Part shown: one piece after another, positions 46,993-56,760 of the stretch
Layout of the letters: each line of letters starts with the position of its first letter
Position numbering within the stretch: the first letter of the stretch is position 1
Source: Paratractidigestivibacter sp.
GTDB taxonomy: Bacteria; Spirochaetota; Spirochaetia; Treponematales; Treponemataceae
Direction: 5' to 3'
Length of the DNA stretch: 64,000 bases
Assembly (NCBI GenBank): GCA_963644915.1
Contig: CAVIQW010000002.1
Span: 44,724-108,723, forward strand
Notes under the pieces: model-generated
Seen by the model: only the letters and a program-made list of their open reading frames with translations
Database searches by the model: none
What the model was told of the DNA's origin: nothing
Made by a program: the position numbers and the translations under genes

Positions 46993-49131
46993 GTGTTAAA
47001 CTTGACGAATATGAACGTAGGTCAGATTTCTGAGGGCCGTCCTGAAATACTTGGTGCAACTCCATCAGGAAACGGTGTTAATTTTGCGGTGTATAGCAAA
47101 AATGCAGAGAGAGTTGTTCTTGATTTGTTCGATACTCCTGATGCAAAGCAACCGTCTTTTTCAATAGATTTTGATCCTGTGAAAAACAAGACAGGAAGTG
47201 TCTGGCATATCTTTGTTGAAGGTCTTTCTGCAGGAACTCTTTATCTTTTTAGGGCTGATGGGCCGTATAATCCGCCGTTAGGACATAGGTTCAATTTTAA
47301 CAAATATCTTTTTGACCCTTATGCAAAGGCTTTTTCGCAAGGCTCTGTTTTTCAGTCTTATAATAGGCAGCGGGAACTTGGACTTGCCGGAATTGAAAAT
47401 GGAAAACTTTCTGATTTGTCAAATTTTCCAAAGTGTGTGGTTGTTGATGATTCGGATTTTGACTGGCAAGGCGACAAGCCATTGAATTATCCTTTGAGCG
47501 AAACGGTTATCTATGAGGCACATCTAAAAGGTTATACCGCTTCACAGTCTTCAGAAGTAAGCGCCCCGGGAACATACAAGGGTTTTGTAGAAAAAATTCC
47601 TTATTTAAAGAAACTTGGAATTACTTCTGTTGAACTTATGCCTATCTTTGAATTTGACGAGCATGAAACTGGAGCAATAAACCCAAAAACTGGAGAAACT
47701 CTTTCAAATTATTGGGGCTACAGCACAATCGGATTTTTTGCGCCAAAGACAACTTACTCTTTTGACCGAACTCCGGGGGCTTCTGTCCGCGAATTTAAAA
47801 CTCTTGTACGAGAGCTTCACAAGGCTGGAATTGAAGTGATTCTTGATGTTGTATTCAATCATACTGCGGAAGGAAACGAGCACGGCTACACATTCTGTTT
47901 CCGTGGACTTGAAAATTCAACCTATTATATGCTTCCTGAAAATGAAAAACAGTATTACCACAATTTTTCTGGTTGTGGAAACACCGTGAATGCGGCTCAT
48001 CCGGTTACAACAAGATTGATTTTGGACAGCTTGCGTTATTGGGTTGGCGAAATGCACGTTGACGGTTTTCGTTTTGATTTGGCGGCGGCTCTTTGTCGCG
48101 ACCAAAAATCTTATATGCAGAATTTTCCGTTTCTTACAAACGCGATTTCCGAGGATTCTATTCTTTGCCATTCAAAGATTATTGCTGAGCCTTGGGATTG
48201 TGGCGGCGGTTATCTTGTCGGTGGCTTTCCTGGTGGAAGATGGAGCGAGTGGAACGACCGCTACAGAAATGATATAAGACGTTTTATCCGCGGTGACGAA
48301 GGTGTTGCAACTGCTGCGGCTACCCGGCTTGCAGGAAGTTCTGATTTGTACAACCATTCAGGAAGAAATCCAGACGCTTCAATCAATTTTGTGAGTTGCC
48401 ACGACGGTTTTCCTATGAATGATATTGTAAGTTACAACGGAAAGCACAATGACGAAAATGGTGAAAACAACCGCGATGGTTCTGATGACAATAACTGTTA
48501 CAATCACGGCTACGAAGGTGTTACTGTAAATCCTAAGATTGAAACGCTTCGCCTTAAAAAACTGAAAAATTTTATGGTTTGCCTTATGGTTTCTCAGGGA
48601 GTTCCAATGTTTTCCGCAGGCGATGAATTCCGTCGTACTCAGATGGGAAACAACAACGCTTACTGTCAGGACAATGAAATTTCATGGGTGAACTGGAATC
48701 TCGAAAAAAAGAACCAGGAACTTTTTAACTTTACACGAAAAGCGATTCAACTTAGAAAGTCGCATCCTGTTTTCCGTAGAAAAAAATTCTTTTCGGGTTC
48801 AAAGGCGGAAATTGAATGGTACGATGTTGACGGAAAAAATCCGGACTGGGTAAATATGAAGCGTTTTCTTGGGTTTAAATTGGTTGGTTCTTCTGTTTCT
48901 GATGAAGGCGGAAAGCCAGACAATGATTTTTATATTGCAGGGAACACAGATATTTACGATGTTACAATAACTTTGCCAACACTTCCAAAAGGAAAACGAT
49001 GGTATTACGTTGCCGATACTTCTGTTACTGGCGATGAAGGATTTGCAGAACCGGGCAGTGAAACGTTGCTTCAGGAGCAGCAGAGATATGTTCTTCCGAC
49101 TGCAAGTTTTGTAATATTGATTGCCAAATAA
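46993..49131 (+). CDS. glgX: Glycogen debranching enzyme (GlgX, GH13)
   Basis: 712 aa. N-terminal CBM48, and GH13 motifs DVVFNHT, GFRFDLA, EPWD, FVSCHD. The start could be the GTG at 46993 or the ATG at 47011. Confidence 0.9.
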   Translation: MLNLTNMNVGQISEGRPEILGATPSGNGVNFAVYSKNAERVVLDLFDTPDAKQPSFSIDFDPVKNKTGSVWHIFVEGLSAGTLYLFRADGPYNPPLGHRFNFNKYLFDPYAKAFSQGSVFQSYNRQRELGLAGIENGKLSDLSNFPKCVVVDDSDFDWQGDKPLNYPLSETVIYEAHLKGYTASQSSEVSAPGTYKGFVEKIPYLKKLGITSVELMPIFEFDEHETGAINPKTGETLSNYWGYSTIGFFAPKTTYSFDRTPGASVREFKTLVRELHKAGIEVILDVVFNHTAEGNEHGYTFCFRGLENSTYYMLPENEKQYYHNFSGCGNTVNAAHPVTTRLILDSLRYWVGEMHVDGFRFDLAAALCRDQKSYMQNFPFLTNAISEDSILCHSKIIAEPWDCGGGYLVGGFPGGRWSEWNDRYRNDIRRFIRGDEGVATAAATRLAGSSDLYNHSGRNPDASINFVSCHDGFPMNDIVSYNGKHNDENGENNRDGSDDNNCYNHGYEGVTVNPKIETLRLKKLKNFMVCLMVSQGVPMFSAGDEFRRTQMGNNNAYCQDNEISWVNWNLEKKNQELFNFTRKAIQLRKSHPVFRRKKFFSGSKAEIEWYDVDGKNPDWVNMKRFLGFKLVGSSVSDEGGKPDNDFYIAGNTDIYDVTITLPTLPKGKRWYYVADTSVTGDEGFAEPGSETLLQEQQRYVLPTASFVILIAK

Positions 49132-49219
49132 TCAGGTTATTTTGGGAAATCTAATTGAAAAATCTTGTGATTCTGTGTACTCTTTAACGAAGTGAAAAAT
49201 ACCGTGGAGGTTATTTTAA

Positions 49220-51718
49220 ATGAAATTTGATGCCGCAAAATTTAAGGAAAATCTTGAAGGTCGACTTAAGAGACAATACGGTAAAGATATTTCGCAGGCA
49301 AATAAACATGATCTTTTTGATGCAGTTTCTGCTTCTGCACTTGAAGTTATCATGGATAACTGGATGGCTACACGCCAGGAATATGAAAAAAAAGCTACAA
49401 AACAGTTGTATTATTTATCAGCAGAATTCTTGATGGGTCGTGCTTTGAGCAACAATCTTATCAATGCAGGAATTTTGGATGATGTAAAAAAAGTTCTAAA
49501 AGGAATGAACATTGATTACAACATGGTAGAAGATCAGGAGCCGGATGCTGGTCTTGGAAACGGTGGTCTTGGTCGTCTTGCCGCTTGTTTCTTGGATTCT
49601 TTGGCAACTTTGGACTATCCTGGACACGGATATGGAATCCGCTACCGTTACGGTATGTTTGAACAGAAAATTGAAAACGGTTATCAGGTTGAATACCCGG
49701 ACAATTGGCTTGCACACCGTGATCCGTGGGAAATCAAACGTTCTGATTTGGCTGTTACAGTAAAATTTGGCGGAAACATCGCTTATGGAAAAACTCCTGA
49801 TGGTCGCGACAGATATTATGTTGAAAATGCGGAAGAAGTGACAGCTACTCCTTATGATATGCCGATTGTTGGCTATGAAACAGGAACTGTAAATACACTC
49901 CGCTTGTGGCAGGCTTCTTCTCCAAACGGCTTTGACTTGCAGCTTTTCAATAATATGGAATATAACCGGGCTGTTGAACGTCAGAACAGTGCGGAAAACG
50001 TTTCTGCGGTTTTGTATCCGAATGACTCAGGTCCGTCTGGAAAAACTCTCCGCCTTAAACAGCAGTATTTCTTTAGTTCTGCTTCTTTGCAGGATTTGGT
50101 TCGTCATTACGTTTCTGACTATGGAACAGATTTTAGCAAATTTGCAGATCTTCATGTGATTCAGTTGAACGATACTCATCCGGTTGTTGCAATTCCTGAA
50201 CTTATGCGCATTTTAATGGATGAATATAATGTTGGTTGGGATGACGCTTGGGATGTTGTTACTCATACTTTTGCATATACAAACCACACAATTTTGGCTG
50301 AAGCGCTTGAAAAATGGCCAATCGAAATTTTCCGCGGACTTCTTCCACGTATTTATCAGATTGTAGAAGAAATTAACCGCCGATTTATGATTGAACTTTG
50401 TGCAAAATATCCAAACGATTATGCACGCCATGGACGAATGTCTATTATCAACAACGGTAAAGTTTATATGGCTTGGCTTGCAATCCACGCAAGTTTCAGC
50501 GTGAACGGTGTTGCGGAACTTCATACTCGTCTTCTTAAAGAAAAAGAACTTAATGACTGGTACGAATTGTATCCTGAAAAGTTCAATAATAAGACAAATG
50601 GTATTACTCAGCGTCGTTGGTTGTGCAGTGCAAACCCAGAACTTTCTTCATTCATCACAGAACGTGTTGGTCATGGCTGGGAAAAAGATCTTACAAAACT
50701 TAAAGGTCTTGAAAAATACCTTGACGATGACAAATCTCTTAAAGAATTGATGGCTATCAAGGAAGAAAATAAGCGTCGTCTTGCTGAATATCTAAAAAAT
50801 ACTCAGAACGAACTTATTGATCCAGAGTCAATTTTTGACGTTCAGGTAAAACGTTTGCACGAATACAAGCGCCAGTTGATGAACATTTTGCACGTTATGT
50901 ATGTTTACAACAAAATGCTTGAAGATCCGAACTATAAGCCAGCAAAAAAGACTTATATTTTCGGTGCAAAATCCGCTTCTGGATACCGACGTGCAAAGGC
51001 TATTATCAAACTTATCAATACAGTTGCAGAACGAATCAACAATGATCGTCGCGTAAACGACAGACTTCATGTTGTATTTGTTCAGAATTACCGTGTTTCT
51101 GTTGCAGAAAAGATTTTCCCTGCCGCAGACCTTTCTGAGCAGATTTCTACTGCTGGGCTTGAAGCTTCTGGTACATCAAATATGAAATTTATGTGTAACG
51201 GTGCTTTGACAATGGGAACAATGGACGGTGCGAATATTGAAATTGTTGAAGAGGCTGGCAAGGAAAACGCGTTTATCTTTGGTCTTCTTACAGATGAAAT
51301 CAAGAAGATTGAGGAAGCACACAGTTACAATCCGCAGGAATATATTGAAAGAAATCCTGGATTGGCAAAAGTTCTTAATCAGCTTGTTGATGGAACTTAT
51401 GATCCAACTCACCAGATGTTCAAGGAATTGTATGATTCTTTGGTATACGGAATTGAAGGTAACCGTGCAGATGTTTACTACGTTCTTGCAGACTTTGATG
51501 ATTATTGCCGTGCACAGAACGATGCTGAAAAACTTTATTCTGACAAAAAAGCTTGGGCTAAGGCTTGCTTAAAGAATATTGCAAATGCTGGTAAATTCTC
51601 TTCTGACCGAACAATCGAAGATTACGTCCGCGATATTTGGCACTTGAAAAGAGTTCCACGCCCATTAGATGGTGGAGCAAAAACTTGTGCTAAAAAATCA
51701 ACAGCAAAGAAGGCTTAG
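49220..51718 (+). CDS. glgP: Glycogen/maltodextrin phosphorylase (GT35)
   Basis: 832 aa. PLP-lysine motif EASGTSNMKFMCNGA. N-terminal GNGGLGRLAACFLDS. Confidence 0.95.
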   Translation: MKFDAAKFKENLEGRLKRQYGKDISQANKHDLFDAVSASALEVIMDNWMATRQEYEKKATKQLYYLSAEFLMGRALSNNLINAGILDDVKKVLKGMNIDYNMVEDQEPDAGLGNGGLGRLAACFLDSLATLDYPGHGYGIRYRYGMFEQKIENGYQVEYPDNWLAHRDPWEIKRSDLAVTVKFGGNIAYGKTPDGRDRYYVENAEEVTATPYDMPIVGYETGTVNTLRLWQASSPNGFDLQLFNNMEYNRAVERQNSAENVSAVLYPNDSGPSGKTLRLKQQYFFSSASLQDLVRHYVSDYGTDFSKFADLHVIQLNDTHPVVAIPELMRILMDEYNVGWDDAWDVVTHTFAYTNHTILAEALEKWPIEIFRGLLPRIYQIVEEINRRFMIELCAKYPNDYARHGRMSIINNGKVYMAWLAIHASFSVNGVAELHTRLLKEKELNDWYELYPEKFNNKTNGITQRRWLCSANPELSSFITERVGHGWEKDLTKLKGLEKYLDDDKSLKELMAIKEENKRRLAEYLKNTQNELIDPESIFDVQVKRLHEYKRQLMNILHVMYVYNKMLEDPNYKPAKKTYIFGAKSASGYRRAKAIIKLINTVAERINNDRRVNDRLHVVFVQNYRVSVAEKIFPAADLSEQISTAGLEASGTSNMKFMCNGALTMGTMDGANIEIVEEAGKENAFIFGLLTDEIKKIEEAHSYNPQEYIERNPGLAKVLNQLVDGTYDPTHQMFKELYDSLVYGIEGNRADVYYVLADFDDYCRAQNDAEKLYSDKKAWAKACLKNIANAGKFSSDRTIEDYVRDIWHLKRVPRPLDGGAKTCAKKSTAKKA

Positions 51719-51741
51719 TTAAAAACTAAAGGTTAAATGAT

Positions 51742-51781
51742 AAAACCGTTCAGAAAGATTTTCTTTTTGAACGGTTTTTTT
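51742..51781. terminator. Bidirectional rho-independent terminator
   Basis: 11-bp stem AAAACCGTTCA / TGAACGGTTTT with a T-run, between convergent glgP and the acyl-CoA ligase gene. Confidence 0.85.
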
Positions 51782-51802
51782 ATTTTAAAATTATTTTTGA
51801 GA

Positions 51803-53839
51803 TTATTTTTCGGAATTGTCTTTTTTGATTCCTGGAATTTTTTCCAGAATTACGCTTTTTACAGAACTTAAGTCTTTTAGGTTGTCGGCAAGGTTTCCTG
51901 TAAGGTTGCTTAATCCAGAAAGCCCCTGGGCAAGTACGGAGTCGCTGAACATTGAGGCAATTTGCCATTTGTAAAGTTCGTTTACTTTACTGCGGATTAC
52001 AGTTCCTTTTGCGGTAAGTTCCACTCCGATTTCAAACTGGCGGTCCAAAAAGCAGAATGAGCCTACTTTTTCAAATGGCTTGAATCCGTTTTTTGGGGTT
52101 ATAAGGCGTTCTAGTTCAGAATTTATTAAGGTTTTTATTTCGTTGCTCTTTAACAGTGCGGTTGTGTTTTCAGACTCAATATTGTTTGATTTTGCGTATT
52201 CAATTATATTTTCTTTTTTTGGAATCAGCAGTGCACCTAGAAAATTTTTGTCTTGACCTACGATTACGGCCTGTGCGATGAATGGCGATTCAACCAGCTT
52301 GTTTTCTATCGGAAGCGGTTCAACGTTTTCTCCTGAACGCAAAACGATTGTGTCTTTTGCGCGTCCTTTTACCATGATGTCGCCTTTTCTAGAAAGGAGT
52401 ACAAGGTCGCCAGTGTTAAGCCAGCCTTCTTTTAGGACTAAATCTGTTAGTTCTGGCTGTTTGTAGTAGCCTTTCATAACATTGTCGCCACGGACATAAA
52501 GCACTCCCATTTGACCAGGTGCACATTCAACGCCGAATTTGTCTACAACTTTTATTTCGTTGTATGGCATTGCCTTGCCGATTGTACCCATTACAGGTTT
52601 TCTTGGGTTTCTTATGCAGATGATAGGTGCTGTTTCTGTAAGACCGAATCCTTCCACGAGCCTTATGCCGATTGAGTTAAAAAATCTGTCAAGTTTTGGA
52701 GCCAAAGCACCGCCACCACTCATTCCCACTTTAAAGTTGCTTCCAAAAACTGCGCGTGCTTTTGAAAAGAACATAACGTCGCCTAATGCTTTTAAAGGCA
52801 GCAAAAGTTCGCGTGGAATATAAAGCCATTTATTCAGTACGGTAAGAATCCACAACGGCTTTTTGAACTGAAGGTTGCGTCCCATAATTATGTCCAGCAT
52901 CCAGCGGCGAGTGGTTACAGCACCTATGCAAAGTTTAAAAAGAACTTTTTTAAAGGAAGATTTTTCTGTGGCGTTTTTTTCAATCTGCTTGTAGATGGCA
53001 TCCCAAATTCGAGGAACGCAGGCCATGAATGAAATGTTTATTTTTTTGAAATCCGCAAGAATCATGCTTGGAACAGGTTTTGAATAGCACAGTGAGATTT
53101 CTTTTGACATATAATAATATTCCATTTCTCGTTCGTAGACGTGCCAGACAGGAAGAACACAAAGAGTTTTGTCACCAGCTTTTAAATTTAATGTTTCGGA
53201 AATGCCTTCGATTTGGCACATAAAATTCTTGTGCAGAAGTTCAACGCCTTTTGGTGTTCCGGTTGTTCCTGATGTAAAGATTATTGTTGCAGTGTCAGTG
53301 TCTTTTCCGTTTTTTACGCTTTCTTCAATTTTTTCTGGATTTGAGTTTCTGAATTCTTTTCCAAGCGATAAAACTTCATCATAAGAAAGAACTTTTACAT
53401 CTGTCGCAGTTTTTTCAACATTTTTTATGTCAATAACAATAATATTTTCAAGTTTTTTTAGTTCCGGGCGACATTCAACAATTTTTTTGTAGCTGGAATT
53501 GTTTTCAACAACAATTATTTTACATTCCGCAAAACTTAAGATGTATGACAAGTCTTTTACAGTTGCTTCGCTTCCGCGTGGAATATCGCAGCAGCCAGCA
53601 GACATAATTCCAACAGAAGAAACGAGCCATTCTTTTCGGTTGTCGGCAATCAGTCCTATGTGGTCGCCTTTTGTTGCGCCTAAAGAAATAAGTCCTGCGG
53701 CAAAATTTAAAGATGTCTCTGCAAAATCCGCATAGGTTACAGGCTGAAAAATGCCTTTGCTGTCTTTTGAATACTGAAGAACAGCAGTTGGGGAATTTTT
53801 TGCTTTTTCATATAACATCTGTGGAATTGTTGAATACAT
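51803..53839 (-). CDS. Long-chain fatty acid--CoA ligase (AMP-forming)
   Basis: 678 aa. AMP-binding motif IIFTSGTTGTPKGVEL, plus GFGLTET and GDLV..GD.. motifs. Has a C-terminal extension. Confidence 0.85.
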   Translation of the reverse strand: MYSTIPQMLYEKAKNSPTAVLQYSKDSKGIFQPVTYADFAETSLNFAAGLISLGATKGDHIGLIADNRKEWLVSSVGIMSAGCCDIPRGSEATVKDLSYILSFAECKIIVVENNSSYKKIVECRPELKKLENIIVIDIKNVEKTATDVKVLSYDEVLSLGKEFRNSNPEKIEESVKNGKDTDTATIIFTSGTTGTPKGVELLHKNFMCQIEGISETLNLKAGDKTLCVLPVWHVYEREMEYYYMSKEISLCYSKPVPSMILADFKKINISFMACVPRIWDAIYKQIEKNATEKSSFKKVLFKLCIGAVTTRRWMLDIIMGRNLQFKKPLWILTVLNKWLYIPRELLLPLKALGDVMFFSKARAVFGSNFKVGMSGGGALAPKLDRFFNSIGIRLVEGFGLTETAPIICIRNPRKPVMGTIGKAMPYNEIKVVDKFGVECAPGQMGVLYVRGDNVMKGYYKQPELTDLVLKEGWLNTGDLVLLSRKGDIMVKGRAKDTIVLRSGENVEPLPIENKLVESPFIAQAVIVGQDKNFLGALLIPKKENIIEYAKSNNIESENTTALLKSNEIKTLINSELERLITPKNGFKPFEKVGSFCFLDRQFEIGVELTAKGTVIRSKVNELYKWQIASMFSDSVLAQGLSGLSNLTGNLADNLKDLSSVKSVILEKIPGIKKDNSEK

Positions 53840-53987
53840 ATCATCCCTTCTTTTTTTTTGCTTTTTGCCAAATTGACATTTTTTGTATTTTTGTCAGTAT
53901 ACTTAAATTTTATCACAATTTCCATAGAAAAAAAATATTTAGACACATTTTTTTTGAAATGGTTGCAGAAAAAAAAATAAATTGAGA

Positions 53988-54177
53988 AAATTTCGGGTTT
54001 TTTAGATTGTGAAAAAACGCTCTCAGAGAATTTGCAATTTGCTCCAAACGGTTGTGCTCGCGCTGCGCTTGTAATAATTTGGGTGCTCCGCACTTTAATT
54101 GGTTCTATCGCACAAAGTCTTCACAAATTACAAATTCTCTTGCGCTTTTATCGGTTTTCTTGGAAAACCCGAAATTT
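53988..54177. repeat. Structured palindromic element, copy B
   Basis: Same core as 44633-44770. Helices: AAATTTCGGGTTTT / AAAACCCGAAATTT; GAGAATTTGCAATTTG / CAAATTACAAATTCTC; TTGTGC (54052-54057) / GCACAA (54110-54115). Confidence 0.75.
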
Positions 54178-54290
54178 ATTCAAATAATATAAAATTTACC
54201 CCATCCATTTTCCTGTTTATTTAAAAAATCAGTTGACGTAGATATTTTCTTAGTGCTAATGTATTACATCGTCATCAGCGTTACTGTACT

Positions 54291-54380
54291 GGCGATTCTC
54301 TGGAGAGTTCCCATTTTCAGGTGGGACGCCGAAGGGTTAAGGTTATAAAAACCGATATCTCAGGCATAAGGGACAGGGCT
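54291..54380 (+). promoter_or_regulatory. Glycine riboswitch aptamer (single aptamer visible)
   Basis: Matches the conserved core CTCTGGAGAG ... GGGACGCCGAAGGG ... GGTT-ATAA-AACC ... TCTCAGGCATAAGGGACAG. It lies upstream of an AgcS-family symporter, which is a known glycine-riboswitch target class. Confidence 0.75.
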
Positions 54381-54405
54381 AAAAGATTCTTGTCATACTC
54401 TTTAG

Positions 54406-54447
54406 AGAGCGAAATACGATTTTGTGTTTTCGCTCTTATTTTTTTTT
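54406..54447 (+). terminator. Intrinsic terminator (expression platform of the glycine riboswitch)
   Basis: 9-bp stem AGAGCGAAA / TTTCGCTCT followed by TATTTTTTTTT, 15 nt before the agcS ATG. Confidence 0.7.
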
Positions 54448-54461
54448 AAAGGACAAGCAAA

Positions 54462-55925
54462 ATGTTCGACACAATTATCAACAAGATTGATGATATTGTC
54501 TGGGGTATTCCGACAATCGTCCTTATTCTTGTAACTGGATTGCTTTTGACAATCCGTCTTCGTGGTATGCAGTTCCACAAGTTGGGACGCGCATTAAAAT
54601 CAATTTTCCGAAAGTCTTCTGACAAAGAAAAAGGTGAAGTTTCTAGTTTTGGAGCGCTTTGCACGGCGCTTTCTGCAACAATCGGAACTGGAAATATTGT
54701 AGGTGTTGCAACAGCCATTGCGGCCGGTGGTCCAGGGGCACTTTTCTGGATGTGGGTTGCCGCTCTTGTCGGAATTGCAACAAAATACACAGAATGTATG
54801 CTTGCTGTAAAATACCGTAAGCATATGCCAGACGGACACGTTTTGGGCGGACCTTTCTATACAATTGAAACAGGATTGAAAGAAAGAACTGGTTTTTCAT
54901 GGAAGTGGCTTGCTGTTGTTTTTGCAATTTTTGGTGTTTGTGTAGGTCTTTTCGGAATCGGAACTTTTACACAGATTAACGGTATCGCTTCTGCTGTAAA
55001 AAATGCTTTTGACCCAGAAACAACGCACGTTGCTTTCTCTTTGTTTGGAACACAGTATTCTTGGGCAACAGTAATTGCAGGTGCTTTTGTAACAATTTTT
55101 GCCGCTCTTGTAATTATCGGCGGACTTCAGAGAATCTCAAAAGTTGCGCAGGTTATCGTTCCGTTTATGGCAATTCTTTACGTTTTCCTTGGTGTAAGCG
55201 TTCTTGTTATGAATGCAACAAAAATTCCAGCCGCATTTGCAATTATTTTTAAGGCCGCATTTGCTCCAAAGGCAATAACAGGCGGTGTTGTAGGTTCTAT
55301 GATTGTTGCAATGCAGAAAGGTATTGCGCGTGGAATTTTCTCTAACGAAGCTGGTCTTGGTTCTGCCGCAATCGCCGCTTCTTCTGCAAAAGTAGAAGAA
55401 CCTGTTGCGCAGGGACTTGTTTCTATGACAGGAACTTTTATTGATACAATCATTGTTTGTACAATGACAGGTCTTTCAATTGTAATTGCATTTAGCAACG
55501 GCGGAGTTTTTACGCTTCCAACAAATGGACTTGGCGAAACACTCAAAGGCATTGAACTTTCTTCTGCGGCATTCAATTCTGTTCTTGGCGGAGACGGTCG
55601 TTCGGTTCAGTTCCTTCTTATGGTTTGTCTTGTGTTCTTTGCGTTCACAACAATTCTTGGCTGGGACTATTATTCAGAACGCTGTCTTGAATATCTTTCA
55701 AACGGCAAAATGAAACTTGTAATGATTTATCGCGTAATCTACATTCTTGCAGTTGCAATCGGACCATATATGACAATCAGTCAGGTTTGGACAATTGCGG
55801 ACATTACAAACGGACTTATGGCTTGGCCAAACTGTATCGCGCTTATCCTTTTAAGCGGAGTTGCGGCTCGCACAACAAAAGATTACTTTAACCGATTCCC
55901 TACATTGGAATCTGAAAAAGCATAA
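54462..55925 (+). CDS. agcS: Sodium:alanine/glycine symporter (AGCS family)
   Basis: 487 aa polytopic membrane protein. AGCS signature GALCTALSATIGTGNIVGVATAIAAGGPGALFWMW. Confidence 0.9.
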   Translation: MFDTIINKIDDIVWGIPTIVLILVTGLLLTIRLRGMQFHKLGRALKSIFRKSSDKEKGEVSSFGALCTALSATIGTGNIVGVATAIAAGGPGALFWMWVAALVGIATKYTECMLAVKYRKHMPDGHVLGGPFYTIETGLKERTGFSWKWLAVVFAIFGVCVGLFGIGTFTQINGIASAVKNAFDPETTHVAFSLFGTQYSWATVIAGAFVTIFAALVIIGGLQRISKVAQVIVPFMAILYVFLGVSVLVMNATKIPAAFAIIFKAAFAPKAITGGVVGSMIVAMQKGIARGIFSNEAGLGSAAIAASSAKVEEPVAQGLVSMTGTFIDTIIVCTMTGLSIVIAFSNGGVFTLPTNGLGETLKGIELSSAAFNSVLGGDGRSVQFLLMVCLVFFAFTTILGWDYYSERCLEYLSNGKMKLVMIYRVIYILAVAIGPYMTISQVWTIADITNGLMAWPNCIALILLSGVAARTTKDYFNRFPTLESEKA

Positions 55926-55964
55926 CAAACAGTCAGGGGGAAAAGCCTTTCCCTCGGCTCAATC

Positions 55965-56058
55965 TAAGGGCTGCCTAGTAAGTGCGCAAACTAGTGCGGA
56001 TTTAGTTTTTCAAATTCAATCCGCCCTGGTTTGAGATTATTGGGCAGCCCTTATTTTT
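55965..56058 (+). terminator. Terminator-like 11-bp stem enclosing a 67-nt branched insert
   Basis: TAAGGGCTGCC (55965-55975) / GGCAGCCCTTA (56043-56053) followed by TTTTT. The internal hairpins are CTAGT..ACTAG and GCGGATT..AATCCGC. Confidence 0.5.
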
Positions 56059-56152
56059 CGCCTACCCATTCTAGCGGGCACATCCCGCAACGCCCTGCTT
56101 TATTATTAAGAAAATTTTTGCCTTTTTCATTTTTCTTCTATATCATATAACT

Positions 56153-56650
56153 ATGAAAGAAATAAAACCTTACGAATTATCAGAAAATCCATTTAAACTT
56201 ATTGGGGAAGACTGGCTTCTTGTTGCCGCAGAAAAAGAAAACCGTGTGAATATGCTTACTGCTTCCTGGGGACAGGTTGGAATTATGTGGGGAAAACCTG
56301 TTGTGAATATTTTTATCCGCGAGTCGCGTTTTACAAAAACATATATTGACAGCGGCGAAACTTTTACGATTTGTGTTCTGCCACAGGAATTACGAAGTGT
56401 CTACAATTTTTGTGGCTCAAAGTCTGGCAGGGATTTTGACAAAGTAAAGGAAACCGGGCTTACAGTTGAGCATGACGGAGTTTTTCCGTATTTTAAGGAA
56501 AGCCGCCTTGTAATTGAATGTAAAAAACTTTATGGTCAGGTTCTTCCAGAATCAGCGTTCATGGACAAAGAAACTTATAAAAAATGGTATCCGACAAATG
56601 ATTTGCACACGCAGTACATCGCAGAGATAACTAAAATTCTTGTAAAATAG
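56153..56650 (+). CDS. Flavin reductase-like (FMN-binding split-barrel) protein
   Basis: 165 aa. The sequence pattern (NMLTASWGQVGIMWGKPVVNIFIRESRFT) is typical of the flavoredoxin/flavin reductase family. Confidence 0.65.
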   Translation: MKEIKPYELSENPFKLIGEDWLLVAAEKENRVNMLTASWGQVGIMWGKPVVNIFIRESRFTKTYIDSGETFTICVLPQELRSVYNFCGSKSGRDFDKVKETGLTVEHDGVFPYFKESRLVIECKKLYGQVLPESAFMDKETYKKWYPTNDLHTQYIAEITKILVK

Positions 56651-56760
56651 TTTTTAGAACTCTGAGGTGTCTAAAAAGTTCAGCCTGCAGTTTTGTAAGG
56701 AAGTTTTGTAAAGTAAAACGTGTTGAGAATCGTTGTTTTTTTTTGTAAACTTATAAAATT

